NCBI GenBank assembly: GCA_026129095.1
Contig: JAHCIT010000004.1
Location: 1 to 64,000, forward strand
Length of the DNA stretch: 64,000 nt
Direction of reading: 5' to 3'
Origin: Deltaproteobacteria bacterium
Lineage (GTDB): Bacteria > JAGRBM01 > JAHCIT01
Made by a program: the position numbers and the translations under genes. Numbering within the stretch: the first letter of the stretch is position 1; each line of letters starts with the position of its first letter. The notes below the pieces were generated by a model. It did no database searches. It saw nothing but the letters and a program-made list of their open reading frames with translations, and was not told where the DNA came from. Positions 17,662-28,101 of this stretch are shown here, in pieces.

Positions 17662-19689
17662 ATGGCGAAACTGTCGCAGGAGTTCGTCTCGGAGGCCGAG
17701 GAGATCCTCGACGAGCTGAACCGCGAGCTGTTCCGCCTGGACGGCATGGCGTCGGGCGAGGCGTTCAACCCCGAATGCGTGAACTCGATCTTCCGGGGCG
17801 CGCACTCGCTCAAGGGGCTCGCCGGCATGTTCGGCTTCTCCGAGCTCCAGGAGTTCGCCCACCATCTCGAAACCCTGCTGGACAGCCTCCGGCTGGGGCG
17901 CGTCGCCCTGTCGAAGGCGCTGGTGGACGCCCTGTTCCGGGGCGCGGCCCTGATGAAATCCCTCGTCGAGGCGCGGGCGGCCGAGAACGCCCTGCCCGAC
18001 ACGGCGGGGCTGCTGGCCGAGGTGGGCCGTGTCCTGAACGCGAAACCGGAGCAGGCGCAGGTGTCTCCGGCCGAGCAGGCGGGCATTGACCCGGCCTTCA
18101 CCTCCACGCTGTCGGAATACGAGGAGCACCGGCTGAACGAGAACCTCCGGACGGGGAACTTCGTCCACAAGGTGACGGCGGTGTTCGAGCTGGCGACCTT
18201 CGACACCGCGCTCGGCGATCTGATCGAGGCGGCCAAGACAAAGGGCGAGATCATCACGACGCTTCCCTCCGGGGCGGCCTCCACCGCCGACCAGATCGCC
18301 TTCGACGTGCTCGTGGGAACGAAGATCAGCCGCGACGAGCTGGCGACGCTGGTGGCGAAGATACCGGGCGCGGAAGTGACGACGCTGGGCGGCGGCGCGG
18401 CGAAGCCCGCGGCTCCGGCCGCCGGAGCGGGCGCTGGAGCACCGGCTGCCACGCCTGCCACCGACGACCGGGCCACGGCCCGCAGCACCGCCCAGACCGT
18501 GCGCGTCCACATCGGCAAGCTCGACTACCTGATGAATATCGTGGGCGACCTGGTGATCCAGCGGTCGGAACTTCAGCGCATCTCAGACCGGCTGAAGCGG
18601 GAGGTCGAGGCGGGCCAGCTCGCCATTGATTTCGACAAGGCGATCCGCAACTTCACGCGGCGGGTGAACGAACTCCAGACCGGCGTGATGAACACGCGGC
18701 TCGTGCCGATCGGCTCGGTGTTCGAGCGGCTGGCGACGGTGATCCGCCAGACGTCCCGCTCGCTCGGCAAGGACGTGCGGATCGAGATGTCCGGCGTCGA
18801 GACGGAACTGGACAAGCTGATCGTCGAGGAGCTGTCCGACCCGCTCATGCACATCGTCCGCAACGCCATTGACCACGGGATCGAGCTTCCGGCCGAGCGC
18901 GAGGCCGCCGGCAAGCCGCCGCAGGGCACGATCCGCCTGAACGCCTACCCGGAGGGCAACAAGGTCATCGTGCAGATCACTGACGACGGCAAGGGCATAG
19001 ACGCCGACCGCGTGCACCAGAAAGCGCTGGACCTGGGGCTCGTGGACCCCAACCAGCAGCTCACGAACGCCGAGAAGCTCGACCTCGTGTTCCTGCCGGG
19101 GCTTTCCACCAAGACCGAGGTGAGCGACCTCTCCGGCCGGGGCGTCGGCATGGACGTGGTGAAGAACAACATCGCCGGGCTGTCGGGCGTCATCCAGATC
19201 GATTCAAAGCCGGGCAAGGGAACGACCTTCTCGCTCACGCTGCCGATCACGCTCGCCATCATCAAGGCGCTGCTCGTGGAGTCCAGGGGACACACCTACG
19301 CCGTGCCGATCTACAGCGTGATCGAGTGCGTGCGCGTGCCCGCCGGCCGGGTGACGACGATCGAGCGGCGGGCGGTGTTTGAGCTGCGCGAGCGCAGCGT
19401 CCCGCTCATTGATCTCGGCAGCTACTTCCGGCACGAGGGCGAGCCGGCCACCGGGCCCTACGACTACGTGATCGTGGTGGGACTCGCCGAGCAGCGGCTC
19501 GGCATCCGGGTGGACACGCTCGCCGGGCAGCAGGACGTGGTGATCAAGCCGCTCGGCGACCTGCTGAAGAAGGCGCCGGGCATTGCCGGGGCGGCGGAGC
19601 TGGGCGGCCAGACGACCGTGCTCGTGCTGGACATAGGCCGGATACTCTCGGACGTGATGACGGGCGGGCACGGAGAGCGGGCCGCCTGA
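17662..19689 (+). CDS. cheA: Chemotaxis histidine kinase CheA
   Basis: HPt FRGAHSLKG; HIVRNAIDHGIE, DDGKGI and SGRGVGMDVV; C-terminal CheW domain. Confidence 0.95.
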   Translation: MAKLSQEFVSEAEEILDELNRELFRLDGMASGEAFNPECVNSIFRGAHSLKGLAGMFGFSELQEFAHHLETLLDSLRLGRVALSKALVDALFRGAALMKSLVEARAAENALPDTAGLLAEVGRVLNAKPEQAQVSPAEQAGIDPAFTSTLSEYEEHRLNENLRTGNFVHKVTAVFELATFDTALGDLIEAAKTKGEIITTLPSGAASTADQIAFDVLVGTKISRDELATLVAKIPGAEVTTLGGGAAKPAAPAAGAGAGAPAATPATDDRATARSTAQTVRVHIGKLDYLMNIVGDLVIQRSELQRISDRLKREVEAGQLAIDFDKAIRNFTRRVNELQTGVMNTRLVPIGSVFERLATVIRQTSRSLGKDVRIEMSGVETELDKLIVEELSDPLMHIVRNAIDHGIELPAEREAAGKPPQGTIRLNAYPEGNKVIVQITDDGKGIDADRVHQKALDLGLVDPNQQLTNAEKLDLVFLPGLSTKTEVSDLSGRGVGMDVVKNNIAGLSGVIQIDSKPGKGTTFSLTLPITLAIIKALLVESRGHTYAVPIYSVIECVRVPAGRVTTIERRAVFELRERSVPLIDLGSYFRHEGEPATGPYDYVIVVGLAEQRLGIRVDTLAGQQDVVIKPLGDLLKKAPGIAGAAELGGQTTVLVLDIGRILSDVMTGGHGERAA

Positions 19690-19728
19690 CGGCGGGCCGC
19701 CACACGGAAGAAGGACGGAGGGCCGGAG

Positions 19729-20571
19729 TTGTACGAGGAGTTCTTCCAGTTCACGGCGCGGCCGTTTTCCAAGACGCCCGACCCCGGTTTTCTCTACGAG
19801 AGTCCGGGGCACGCCGAGGCGCTGGCGCGCCTCGAACTGGCCGTCGAGGACCGCGAGCTGGCGCTGCTGCTTGGCGACGTGGGCTCCGGCAAGACGACGC
19901 TCACCCGCGCCCTCATTGACCGGCTCGGCGAGACGGTGACGCCGGTGCTGCTCACCAACCCCAAGCTCACCCCCGTGCAGCTCCTTCGCATCTTCGGCGA
20001 GCGGCTCGGCCTCTCGCCGCTGCCCAAGAACCGCATGGAGCTCCAGGAGCGGCTCTCCGACCGGCTCTACCAGCTCCACGAGCAGGGAAAGCCGGTGGTG
20101 CTGGTGATTGACGAGGCGCAGCTCATCCCCGGCAAGGCGACCTTCGACGAGATCCGGCTCATCACGAACTTCCAGCTTGACGACACGAACCTGCTCACGG
20201 TGATCCTCGCCGGGCAGCCGGAACTGGCCGGGCGGCTGGCGCGGCCGGCCTATGAGGCGCTGGCCCAGCGGATCGGCCTCACCTGCCGGCTGGGGCCCCT
20301 CGACCGGGCCGAGACGGCCCGGTACGTGGCCCACCGGCTTCAGGTGGCCGGGGCGGCGAAAAACCCGTTCACCGAGGAAGCGCTGAACGCCCTGCACCGG
20401 TTCTCGGCTGGCGTCCCCCGGCTTCTGAACAGCATCGCCCACGGCGCGCTGATCGATGCCTTCTCCCGTGACGACACGGCGGTCGGCCCGCAGCACGTCG
20501 AGTCGGCCGCCCGCGAGCGGATCGAGACCCGCGGCCCCCGCGGCAGCTCCACCGGCGAGGTGCGCCACTGA
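19729..20571 (+). CDS. ExeA/GspA-like AAA ATPase
   Basis: MYEEFF...PFSKTPDP N-terminus, GDVGSGKT, IDEAQ, LAGQPEL and GVPRLLN. Confidence 0.88.
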   Translation: MYEEFFQFTARPFSKTPDPGFLYESPGHAEALARLELAVEDRELALLLGDVGSGKTTLTRALIDRLGETVTPVLLTNPKLTPVQLLRIFGERLGLSPLPKNRMELQERLSDRLYQLHEQGKPVVLVIDEAQLIPGKATFDEIRLITNFQLDDTNLLTVILAGQPELAGRLARPAYEALAQRIGLTCRLGPLDRAETARYVAHRLQVAGAAKNPFTEEALNALHRFSAGVPRLLNSIAHGALIDAFSRDDTAVGPQHVESAARERIETRGPRGSSTGEVRH

Positions 20572-21554
20572 TGGACATCCTGAAGGCGCGGGCCAAGGCG
20601 AAGGCGAAACCGGCCGGCAAGCCGGAACAGCCGGAGACGGCGGCGGCGTCCGTCACGCCACCTGCCGCGCCACCTGCCGCGCCGGAAGCACCCGCGCCCG
20701 AAGCCGCCGCCAGGGGCAAGGCACCGAAGGCCAAACGGGCGGCGGCACCACCACCAGCGGAAGCCCCGGCAGCCGCCGGGCCGGAACCTGCCGTCACGGC
20801 GGCACCGGCACCCACGCCGCCTGCCAAACCGGCGAAGGCCGCCGCTCCGGCGGCCGAACCGGAAGAAGCGGGAATACCGGACTACCCCGCGCTGGACCTT
20901 CCCGATCTCGTGGAGCTGGAAGCGGATAGCGGCGGCGGGGAAGACGGCCAGAACTACGACGAGGAGGAACAGTTCCTCCATTCGTACGCGGCGCAGGCGA
21001 CGCGGGTGTCCGGGGCACGCAAATACCTCACCTTCGAGGTCGGACCGGAGCGGTATGGCCTGCTGCTCACCGACGTGCGCGAGACGATCAAGCTGTCTCA
21101 GATGACGCTCGTGCCGCGCTCGCCGCGATATCTGGCTGGCCTCATCTCGCTGCGCGGGACGATGGTTCCGGTGATTGATCTCCGGCACCGGCTGGGGCTC
21201 GATGCCGCGCCGCTCACCCGGCAAAGCCGCATCGTGGTTTGCGAGAGCGCCGGACACCCGGTGGGGTTCATCGTGGACCGTATCCACAAGGTCGTTGACA
21301 TGACCGACGCCGATCTCCAGTCGGCCCCGGCGAACCTCACGCCGGAAGAGCAGGAGGTGATCGAGGGGGTGGGACGGTTCCGGGCCCTGCTCGCGGCGAC
21401 CGCCCCCGGCCGCCCCGGCCGGGAGGCCGCGCAGCCCCGTGACAGCGACGCCGGCGGCGAGGAGGCCCAGGGCCCCGCCTGGCAGGTGGAGTTCTTCACG
21501 CTGCTCCGGGTCCCGGCGCTGGCACGGATCGAGTTCGGGGGGAGCGGCGCATGA
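20571..21554 (+). CDS. cheW: CheW with long Pro/Ala N-terminal extension
   Basis: VPRSPRYLAGLISLRGTMVPVIDLR motif. Confidence 0.88.
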   Translation: MDILKARAKAKAKPAGKPEQPETAAASVTPPAAPPAAPEAPAPEAAARGKAPKAKRAAAPPPAEAPAAAGPEPAVTAAPAPTPPAKPAKAAAPAAEPEEAGIPDYPALDLPDLVELEADSGGGEDGQNYDEEEQFLHSYAAQATRVSGARKYLTFEVGPERYGLLLTDVRETIKLSQMTLVPRSPRYLAGLISLRGTMVPVIDLRHRLGLDAAPLTRQSRIVVCESAGHPVGFIVDRIHKVVDMTDADLQSAPANLTPEEQEVIEGVGRFRALLAATAPGRPGREAAQPRDSDAGGEEAQGPAWQVEFFTLLRVPALARIEFGGSGA

Positions 21555-22060
21555 GGCCACCCCCCCAGCAGGCGGCCCGCTTCTCGGTGGGCGGAACGCA
21601 TTTCGGCCTGGACATCATGCAGATCAAGGAGATCATCGAGCCGCAGCCGGTGAAGCCCGTGCCGCGTGCGCCACGGTTTATAGATGGGGTTATCGAAGTG
21701 CGCGGCGCGGTGATCCCGGTGCTGGAACTTTCAAAGCGGTTCGGAACCTCCCCGGCTGCCGATCCGGCCGAAAAACGGTTTATCATCACCTCGCTGGCAG
21801 GTAAGCTGCTCGCGCTCGGAGCCGACTCCGTGACGGAGATCATCCGCATTGACCCGCAGGGGTGGCGGCCGGTTCCGTCGCTGCTCAGGCGGCCCGAAAC
21901 CCGGTGCATCACCGGCGTGGCCCGCTCCGGGCGCGACCTGGTGATGGTGCTGGACCTGGCGGGGCTCCTGCGGTCGGAAGACCCGCTGGACCTGGGCGGC
22001 ATGCAGGCGCTGGTGGACGAGGCGGGAACGCAGATGGAGAAGGAGGCGGGACACCCATGA
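21551..22060 (+). CDS. cheW: CheW
   Basis: VPRAPRFIDGVIEVRGAVIPVLEL motif. Confidence 0.88.
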   Translation: MRPPPQQAARFSVGGTHFGLDIMQIKEIIEPQPVKPVPRAPRFIDGVIEVRGAVIPVLELSKRFGTSPAADPAEKRFIITSLAGKLLALGADSVTEIIRIDPQGWRPVPSLLRRPETRCITGVARSGRDLVMVLDLAGLLRSEDPLDLGGMQALVDEAGTQMEKEAGHP

Positions 22061-24255
22061 ACATGGCGACCTGGATGAGCCGCTTCGGTTCCCTCAAGCA
22101 GAGGGCGTTCGGGTTCGTGTTCATCGGGCTGGTCGTCTCGCTCGGCATCGGGGCCTACCTCTATCTCGACATCCGCTCCAACATGGACGACGTGAGGCAG
22201 AAGTTCCTCGAACTGATCGAGGAGAAGCTGGTGTCGAGCGCCGAGAACTCCTCGACCTACATGGTCAGCGTGATCGAGTTCGGCAGCGGCGCCGAGGAGC
22301 TGATCCGGCGGCTCAAGGCCGATTCCAAGGGGGCCGCCGACTTCGTGCTGCTGCTCCGGCCACCGGCCGGCGGCGGAAAGATCTCCGAAGTCATCGCGGC
22401 CGAAGGCGTGGAACCCTCGCCCGAACTGACGACCATCCGCGAGGAGTGGACCCGCACCGGCGGCAGCCGGGCCATCACGTTCAACCACGAGGCCGCCAGC
22501 GGCGAGCACTACCGCGTCGTCGTCGTGCCCTACCGGCCCGGCGCCGACCTGATGGGCTTCGATTCGCACAGGGCCGGTCCCTCCGAACCGCAGGGCTACC
22601 TGCTGCTCGGCATCCGCGAATCCTACATCCAGAACCGGCTCCAGGGCATCGTGCGGACGGAGGAGTCGCTGCTCACCGGCATCTCGCTGGGCGGCCTGTC
22701 GGTCCTGACGTTGCTGCTCATGTCGGCCTTCGGCCTGATGGTGCTGATCCTCACGCCGCTGGAGGAGATGCGGGAGTTCAGCGCCGCCATCGCCCAGGGC
22801 GACCTGACGCAGGCGCTGGACCCGGACCTCACCGACCGGCAGGACGAGATCGGCGACCTCGGCCGGACCTTCACCGAGATGACCGGCTCGCTCGCCACGA
22901 TGGTCCGGCACATCCAGGAGTCGTCCGAGTCGCTGCGCCAGTCGGCCCACAAGGTTTCCGAAAGCTCGCTTGCCGTCACCACGTCCAGCCACAGGCAGGA
23001 GACGCAGGTGGACAGCACCATCACCACCATCACCGAGATCACCCAGGCCGTGGGCGGAATATCCGAGAACGTCTCCGAGCTGGCCGGCGCCAGCGAGGAG
23101 GCCGCCACCTCGGCCCAGGAGTTGGGCCATGCCAGGGCGGAGATCGCCCGGAACGTGACGGTGCTCGCCGAATCGGGCGACGAGACCACCTCGTCCATCC
23201 AGCAGATGGCCACCTCCATCCAGCAGGTGAAGACGAGCATCGAGCGGCTGTCGGCCGCGGCCGACGAGACGGCCACCTCCGTCGTCGAGATGGACCAGTC
23301 GATCAAGCAGGTCGAACAGAATGCCCGCGCCACCGAGGCGCTTACTGACGAATCGGCCCGCACGGCCGCCACCGGCATGGAGGTCGTCCACAAGTCCATC
23401 GAGGGGATCACCCACATCCGCGAATCGTCGGTCCGGGCCGAGACGCTGATGACCGCCCTCAGCCGCCGCGTCGAGGAGATCGGCAAGATCATCACCGTCA
23501 TCGAGGAGATCGCCGAGCAGACGAACCTGCTCGCCCTGAACGCCACGATCATCGCCGCGCAGGCCGGCGAGCACGGAAAGTCGTTCGCCGTCGTGGCCGA
23601 CGAGATCAAGGACCTGGCCGAACGCACCACCGAATCGACCAAGGGCATCACCCAGCTCATCACCACAATCCAGAAGGAAGTGAAGCAGGCGGTCTCCGCC
23701 GTGGGCCAGGCGGGCCGGCTGGTGGAAGAAGGCGTGAAGCTCTCCCGCGATTCGGGAGAGGTGCTGGAGAAGATCAACCAGCGGGCCACCGACTCGATGA
23801 ACCAGGTGCGCGAGATCGCCCGCGCCACTGTGGAACAGGCCCGCGGGTCGGCGCAGATCAACCAGGCGATCGAGCAGATCACCTACATGCTCGAAGGCAT
23901 CCTGAACGCCACCCGCGAGCAGGCGGCGGGTTCCCAGAACATCATCCAGGCGGCCATCCGGGTGCGCGACACGACCGCCCAGGTACGCGACGCCACGGCC
24001 GAGCAGGAACGGGGCGCGCGGGAAATCGGCAACGCCATCGAGCGCATCAACCAGATGGCCAACCACATCCGCCGCTCGGTCGAGGAGCACCGGCTCGCCA
24101 CCGACAAGGTGCGCGAGGCGATCGGCAGCATCCGCGAGTCCACCGTGCTGAACATAGATGAATCCACCCGGCTCGAAGGCGTCGTCGCCTCGCTCAACGA
24201 GCAGAGCCAGTCGCTCCAGGAAGCCGTAGGAAGGTTCAGGGTCCAGGGCAAATGA
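22057..24255 (+). CDS. Methyl-accepting chemotaxis protein with extended signalling domain
   Basis: Two TMs, HAMP, and hairpin QTNLLALNA..AAQAGEHGKSFAVVADEIK. Start at ATG 22057 overlaps the cheW stop. Confidence 0.92.
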   Translation: MNMATWMSRFGSLKQRAFGFVFIGLVVSLGIGAYLYLDIRSNMDDVRQKFLELIEEKLVSSAENSSTYMVSVIEFGSGAEELIRRLKADSKGAADFVLLLRPPAGGGKISEVIAAEGVEPSPELTTIREEWTRTGGSRAITFNHEAASGEHYRVVVVPYRPGADLMGFDSHRAGPSEPQGYLLLGIRESYIQNRLQGIVRTEESLLTGISLGGLSVLTLLLMSAFGLMVLILTPLEEMREFSAAIAQGDLTQALDPDLTDRQDEIGDLGRTFTEMTGSLATMVRHIQESSESLRQSAHKVSESSLAVTTSSHRQETQVDSTITTITEITQAVGGISENVSELAGASEEAATSAQELGHARAEIARNVTVLAESGDETTSSIQQMATSIQQVKTSIERLSAAADETATSVVEMDQSIKQVEQNARATEALTDESARTAATGMEVVHKSIEGITHIRESSVRAETLMTALSRRVEEIGKIITVIEEIAEQTNLLALNATIIAAQAGEHGKSFAVVADEIKDLAERTTESTKGITQLITTIQKEVKQAVSAVGQAGRLVEEGVKLSRDSGEVLEKINQRATDSMNQVREIARATVEQARGSAQINQAIEQITYMLEGILNATREQAAGSQNIIQAAIRVRDTTAQVRDATAEQERGAREIGNAIERINQMANHIRRSVEEHRLATDKVREAIGSIRESTVLNIDESTRLEGVVASLNEQSQSLQEAVGRFRVQGK

Positions 24256-25202
24256 TCGTCAACTGTCCGAGCTGCAAGGCCCGCTACGACCTCTCCGGGC
24301 GCGGGCAGATACCCGACAGCGTGCGCCTCCGGTGCTCGGCCTGCCAGACCGTGTTCGTGGTGAGGCGGAAGGCTTCTGTGCCGCCCGCCCCGGCGTCCGC
24401 GCCCCGCCCGGCCGCCGCTCCCGGCGCCGGGCAGCCGGCGATCATCCTCGTGGCGCACGATTCGGACGAGGTCCGCAAGCTCCTGCGCGACATCATCGCC
24501 GCCGAGAAGCACCTCCAGGTGGTCGAGGCCGGGGACGGCCCCTCGGCCATCGGCATCCTCCGCAGCTCGCCCGTGCAGGTGATCGTCGCCGACGTCGCCC
24601 TGCCCGGCCTGCTGGGGTTCGAGATTTCCTCCCGCCTGCGGGCCGACGACATCCAGGGCAAGCCCCGGATCATCCTGCTCGCCTCGATCTACAACCACAC
24701 CCGCTACAAGCGGGCTCCGGCGCAGCTCTACGGGGCCGACGACTATCTGGAGAAGCACCACGTCCACGACATGCTGGTGCCGAAGATCAACAAGCTGCTC
24801 TACAACCTCCAGGTCCACGACGACGCCCGCCCCGCCGCCCCGGCCGACGCCATGCAGGCGGTGACGGAGGAGGCGCCGGTGCCCAGGCTCACCGAAATGC
24901 AGGAGAACATCCTCAAGAGCCCGGAGGAAAATCCCGTCGGCGACCCCGCCTCGCCGGCGGCGCACGAGCACGCCCGGCGGCTCGCCCGGATCATCGTGAG
25001 CGACATCGCCCTCTACAGCGAGGAGCTGCTCGCCGAGGGACTCCGCACCAGCAACATCAGGGATTTCCTGGAACGCCAGTTCACCGAGGCCCGCGAGCTA
25101 TACAACCAGCGCGTGCCGGAAGCCGTGCGCCGGCGGAGCGACTACCTGGAGGCCGCCATCCAGGAATACATCAGCCGGGTGGCCGGCGGGCGGACGGCGT
25201 AG
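24252..25202 (+). CDS. Zinc-ribbon + receiver domain protein
   Basis: CPSC...CSAC; atypical REC (AHDS, DVALPG); C-terminal ARRLARIIVSDIALY motif. Confidence 0.85.
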   Translation: MIVNCPSCKARYDLSGRGQIPDSVRLRCSACQTVFVVRRKASVPPAPASAPRPAAAPGAGQPAIILVAHDSDEVRKLLRDIIAAEKHLQVVEAGDGPSAIGILRSSPVQVIVADVALPGLLGFEISSRLRADDIQGKPRIILLASIYNHTRYKRAPAQLYGADDYLEKHHVHDMLVPKINKLLYNLQVHDDARPAAPADAMQAVTEEAPVPRLTEMQENILKSPEENPVGDPASPAAHEHARRLARIIVSDIALYSEELLAEGLRTSNIRDFLERQFTEARELYNQRVPEAVRRRSDYLEAAIQEYISRVAGGRTA

Positions 25203-25237
25203 CGGACGGTTCCCGGCAGGGCCGGGAGGGGAACGGG

Positions 25238-27235
25238 ATGAGCGAAGCGGATTCCGCCATCGAGGCGAAGCTGGAGAACCTTGCCCGTTCGGGCGGCTCC
25301 CCGCGCTCGCTCGCCCTCATCATCGCGGGGCTGGCCGATCCCGAGTGGCGGGTCCGCAAGGCGGCCATCGAGGCCGGCTGCACCTACCCGGATGTCTCCG
25401 CGCTCATTCCCGAACTGATCTCCGCGCTCGCCGACCCGGAAAACGTGGGCCGCCGGAACGCCGCCGCCGAACTGCTGGCGGCCATGGGCGACCGGGCCGT
25501 GCCGGTGCTGATCCTCAAGCTGGAGGACATGGACCCCGACGTCCGCATCTTCGCCGCCAACGTGCTGGGGGATATCCGCGCCCCGGCCGCCATCCCGGCA
25601 CTCATCGCCCGCATCGGCGACCGGGACGAGAACGTCCGCATGGTCGCCGTCGAGCGGCTGGGGCTGTTCGACGACCCGGCCGTGGACCGGGTGCTGATCG
25701 GCCTGCTGGACAAGGACGACATCCCGCTGCGGTTCGCCGCGCTGGAAGCGCTTGCCGCCCATGACGCACGGATACCGGTGGAGGTGCTGGCACGGCTCGC
25801 GGGCCAGCTTGTGCTCCGCCCCGGCGTGTTCCGCGCCCTCCGCAGCGGACGCCAGCCGGAGGCCTGGGAGATCGTCGCCGGGGGCGTGCTGGACCAGGCC
25901 CGGTCGTCGAGGGAGATGGCGACGCTGGCCCTGAGCGAACTGGTGCAGAATTTTCCCGAACTGGTGCCGCGGGTGCTGGGGATGCTCCAGCCGAAGGCCA
26001 CGCCCGATTCGGTCACGCGGCTCGCACTGGCGGTATCGTCCGAGGACGTGACGCTCCGCCGCGCCACGGTGGACGTGCTCGGCCTGATGCCGAGCCCGGC
26101 GGCCGTGTCCCATCTCATCGCGCTGGCAGAGGACGACGACCTTTCGGACCTCGCCGCCATCGCCCTCGCCCGGCTGGCCCACCGGTTCGGACCGCTCATG
26201 CTGGAGACCTGGGACCAGGCCAACGACCGGGAACGCTCGCTCCTCGCCAAGGCGTTCGGCACGGCCCAGGTGGGGGCGGCCGCCGACCGGCTGATGGCGG
26301 CCCTCGATTCGGGATACGGACACCTCATCGCCAATGCGGCCCGCGCCCTGGGGGACCTGGGGGCCGTGGAGGCCGTCACCGACCTGGCGGTGCTGCTTGC
26401 CCACTCCTACCCGGACGTGCGGCTGGCGGCGGCGCTGGCCCTTCAGCGGATGGCGTCAGTGGACATGGACGCCGTCTCCCGCGCCGTGCTCCCCCACTCC
26501 GGGGCGGACGAGGCACGCACCCGCGCCGCGGCGGCGACCGCGCTCGCGGCCGCCGGAACGCCGGGGGCGAAGACGGCCCTCTACCGGCTGCTCAAGGACG
26601 CCGAGCCCTCCGTGCGGCAGGCGGCCGTCGAGGCCCTCAATCCCCACGCGCTCGACGGCGCGTTCGACTATATCGCCCCGCTGCTGGCCGACGAGTCGGC
26701 CGAGGTCCGGCGGACGGTGGTGGATGTGATCGGCAAGGTGCCGCACAGCCGGGTGGTGCAGGTGCTGGACGCCGCCCTGAATGACATCGACATCTGGGTC
26801 CAGGTGGGCGCGGTGCGTAGCCTGGGCATGCGGCCGGAAACCGGCGCCCTGGAACCGGTGATCCGGCTCCTCGGCCAGCCCGACCTCGCGCCGCCGCTCG
26901 TCGCCGAATCGCTAAGGGCGATCGAACGCCGCAACCCGGCCCTGCTGGCCGAGACGGCCCTGCCGCTGCTGACGAGCGCCGAGGTTGACGTGGTGCTGGC
27001 CGCACTGGAGGCGCTGGCCGCCGCCCCCCGCACCCCCGGCATCGGCGCCACACTCGAACGGCTGCTCCGTCACGACCACTGGGATGTCCGCAGCAAGGCG
27101 GCCCAGGTATACGCGCTGCACGCGGGCGAACAGGCGCGCCCGGCCCTGCTCGACCGGCTCCGCAGCGAAACCGACGCCCTCGTCCACCGGGCCATCCGGT
27201 TCGCGCTGGACCGCATCGCCCCCAAACGCCCATGA
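25238..27235 (+). CDS. HEAT-repeat protein
   Basis: Multiple D-x-x-x-x-VR-x-x-A-x-x-x-LG repeats. ATG at 25238. Confidence 0.9.
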   Translation: MSEADSAIEAKLENLARSGGSPRSLALIIAGLADPEWRVRKAAIEAGCTYPDVSALIPELISALADPENVGRRNAAAELLAAMGDRAVPVLILKLEDMDPDVRIFAANVLGDIRAPAAIPALIARIGDRDENVRMVAVERLGLFDDPAVDRVLIGLLDKDDIPLRFAALEALAAHDARIPVEVLARLAGQLVLRPGVFRALRSGRQPEAWEIVAGGVLDQARSSREMATLALSELVQNFPELVPRVLGMLQPKATPDSVTRLALAVSSEDVTLRRATVDVLGLMPSPAAVSHLIALAEDDDLSDLAAIALARLAHRFGPLMLETWDQANDRERSLLAKAFGTAQVGAAADRLMAALDSGYGHLIANAARALGDLGAVEAVTDLAVLLAHSYPDVRLAAALALQRMASVDMDAVSRAVLPHSGADEARTRAAAATALAAAGTPGAKTALYRLLKDAEPSVRQAAVEALNPHALDGAFDYIAPLLADESAEVRRTVVDVIGKVPHSRVVQVLDAALNDIDIWVQVGAVRSLGMRPETGALEPVIRLLGQPDLAPPLVAESLRAIERRNPALLAETALPLLTSAEVDVVLAALEALAAAPRTPGIGATLERLLRHDHWDVRSKAAQVYALHAGEQARPALLDRLRSETDALVHRAIRFALDRIAPKRP

Positions 27236-28101
27236 GCCCCCTCGACACCAGCCCGAAGATGTCGGACGAGGAGTTCCGCCTGATCAGGGACTTCCTCGTC
27301 GCCCGGGTGGGACTCTATTTCGACGAGCAGATGAAGTTCCTGCTGGAGCGGCGGCTCTACCGGCGGCTCGAACTCCGGCAGATGAAGGATTACCGGTCCT
27401 ATGCCCAGTTCCTGCGCTACGACCCCAAGGCAGCCGCCGAACTGGACGAGATGGTCGAGCTCCTGACGACCAACGAGACCTACTTCTTCCGCGAGGCCTA
27501 CCAGCTCGACGCCCTCACCGGGGAGGTGATCCCGGAGCTGGTGGAGCAGAAGAAACGGCGCGGCGAGCGGCGGCTCCGGCTCTGGAGCGCCGGGTGTTCC
27601 AGCGGGGAGGAGCCCTACACGCTGTCCATCCTGATGCTCGAACATCCCCTGCTAGCCGGATGGGAGACCGAGATCATCGGGACCGACATCAACCAGCGGG
27701 TGCTGGCGAAGGCGCGCACGGGCATTTACACGGAACATTCGCTCCGCGGCGTTCCGGAAGGACGCATGGACCGCTACATCGAGCGGTACCCGGACGGCCG
27801 GTTCCGCATCACCGACGAGGTTCGCCGCCCCGTCACCTTCGGCGCGGCAAACCTGCTCGACCGGTCGAAACTGGCGTTTCTGATGGATGTGGACGTGATC
27901 CTGTGCCGCAACGTGCTGATCTATTTCGATGCCGCCAGAAAGCGCGGCGTGATCGACCTGTTCCACGAGAAGCTCGTTCCCGGCGGCTTCCTCCTGCTCG
28001 GCCACTCCGAGTCGCTCCTGAACCTCTCCACCCGGTTCCAGCTCCGGCACCTGGCGACCGACATGGTGTACCAGCGGCCGCCGAAGGAGGCCGGAGCATG
28101 A
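27232..28101 (+). CDS. cheR: Chemoreceptor methyltransferase CheR
   Basis: TTNETYFFRE, WSAGCSSGEEPY, CRNVLIYF and LGHSES. Confidence 0.95.
   Translation: MSPLDTSPKMSDEEFRLIRDFLVARVGLYFDEQMKFLLERRLYRRLELRQMKDYRSYAQFLRYDPKAAAELDEMVELLTTNETYFFREAYQLDALTGEVIPELVEQKKRRGERRLRLWSAGCSSGEEPYTLSILMLEHPLLAGWETEIIGTDINQRVLAKARTGIYTEHSLRGVPEGRMDRYIERYPDGRFRITDEVRRPVTFGAANLLDRSKLAFLMDVDVILCRNVLIYFDAARKRGVIDLFHEKLVPGGFLLLGHSESLLNLSTRFQLRHLATDMVYQRPPKEAGA

Noticed and set aside
20571-20870. Repetitive Pro/Ala-rich DNA in the CheW N-terminus (also ~15960-16090)
   Set aside because: Low-complexity linker coding, not a DNA repeat element
21496-24090. Long antisense or alternative-frame ORFs (864 aa here; also 6550-8526, 35021-37810, 52421-54739 and 58671-61016)
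   Set aside because: Shadow ORFs of genuine genes, expected in high-GC DNA; no recognisable motifs
24332-25237. N-terminal extensions on the HEAT ORF (likewise CheB, FolC, PDE and MCP)
   Set aside because: They overlap the upstream genes out of frame; downstream starts with RBS or stop-start coupling fit better
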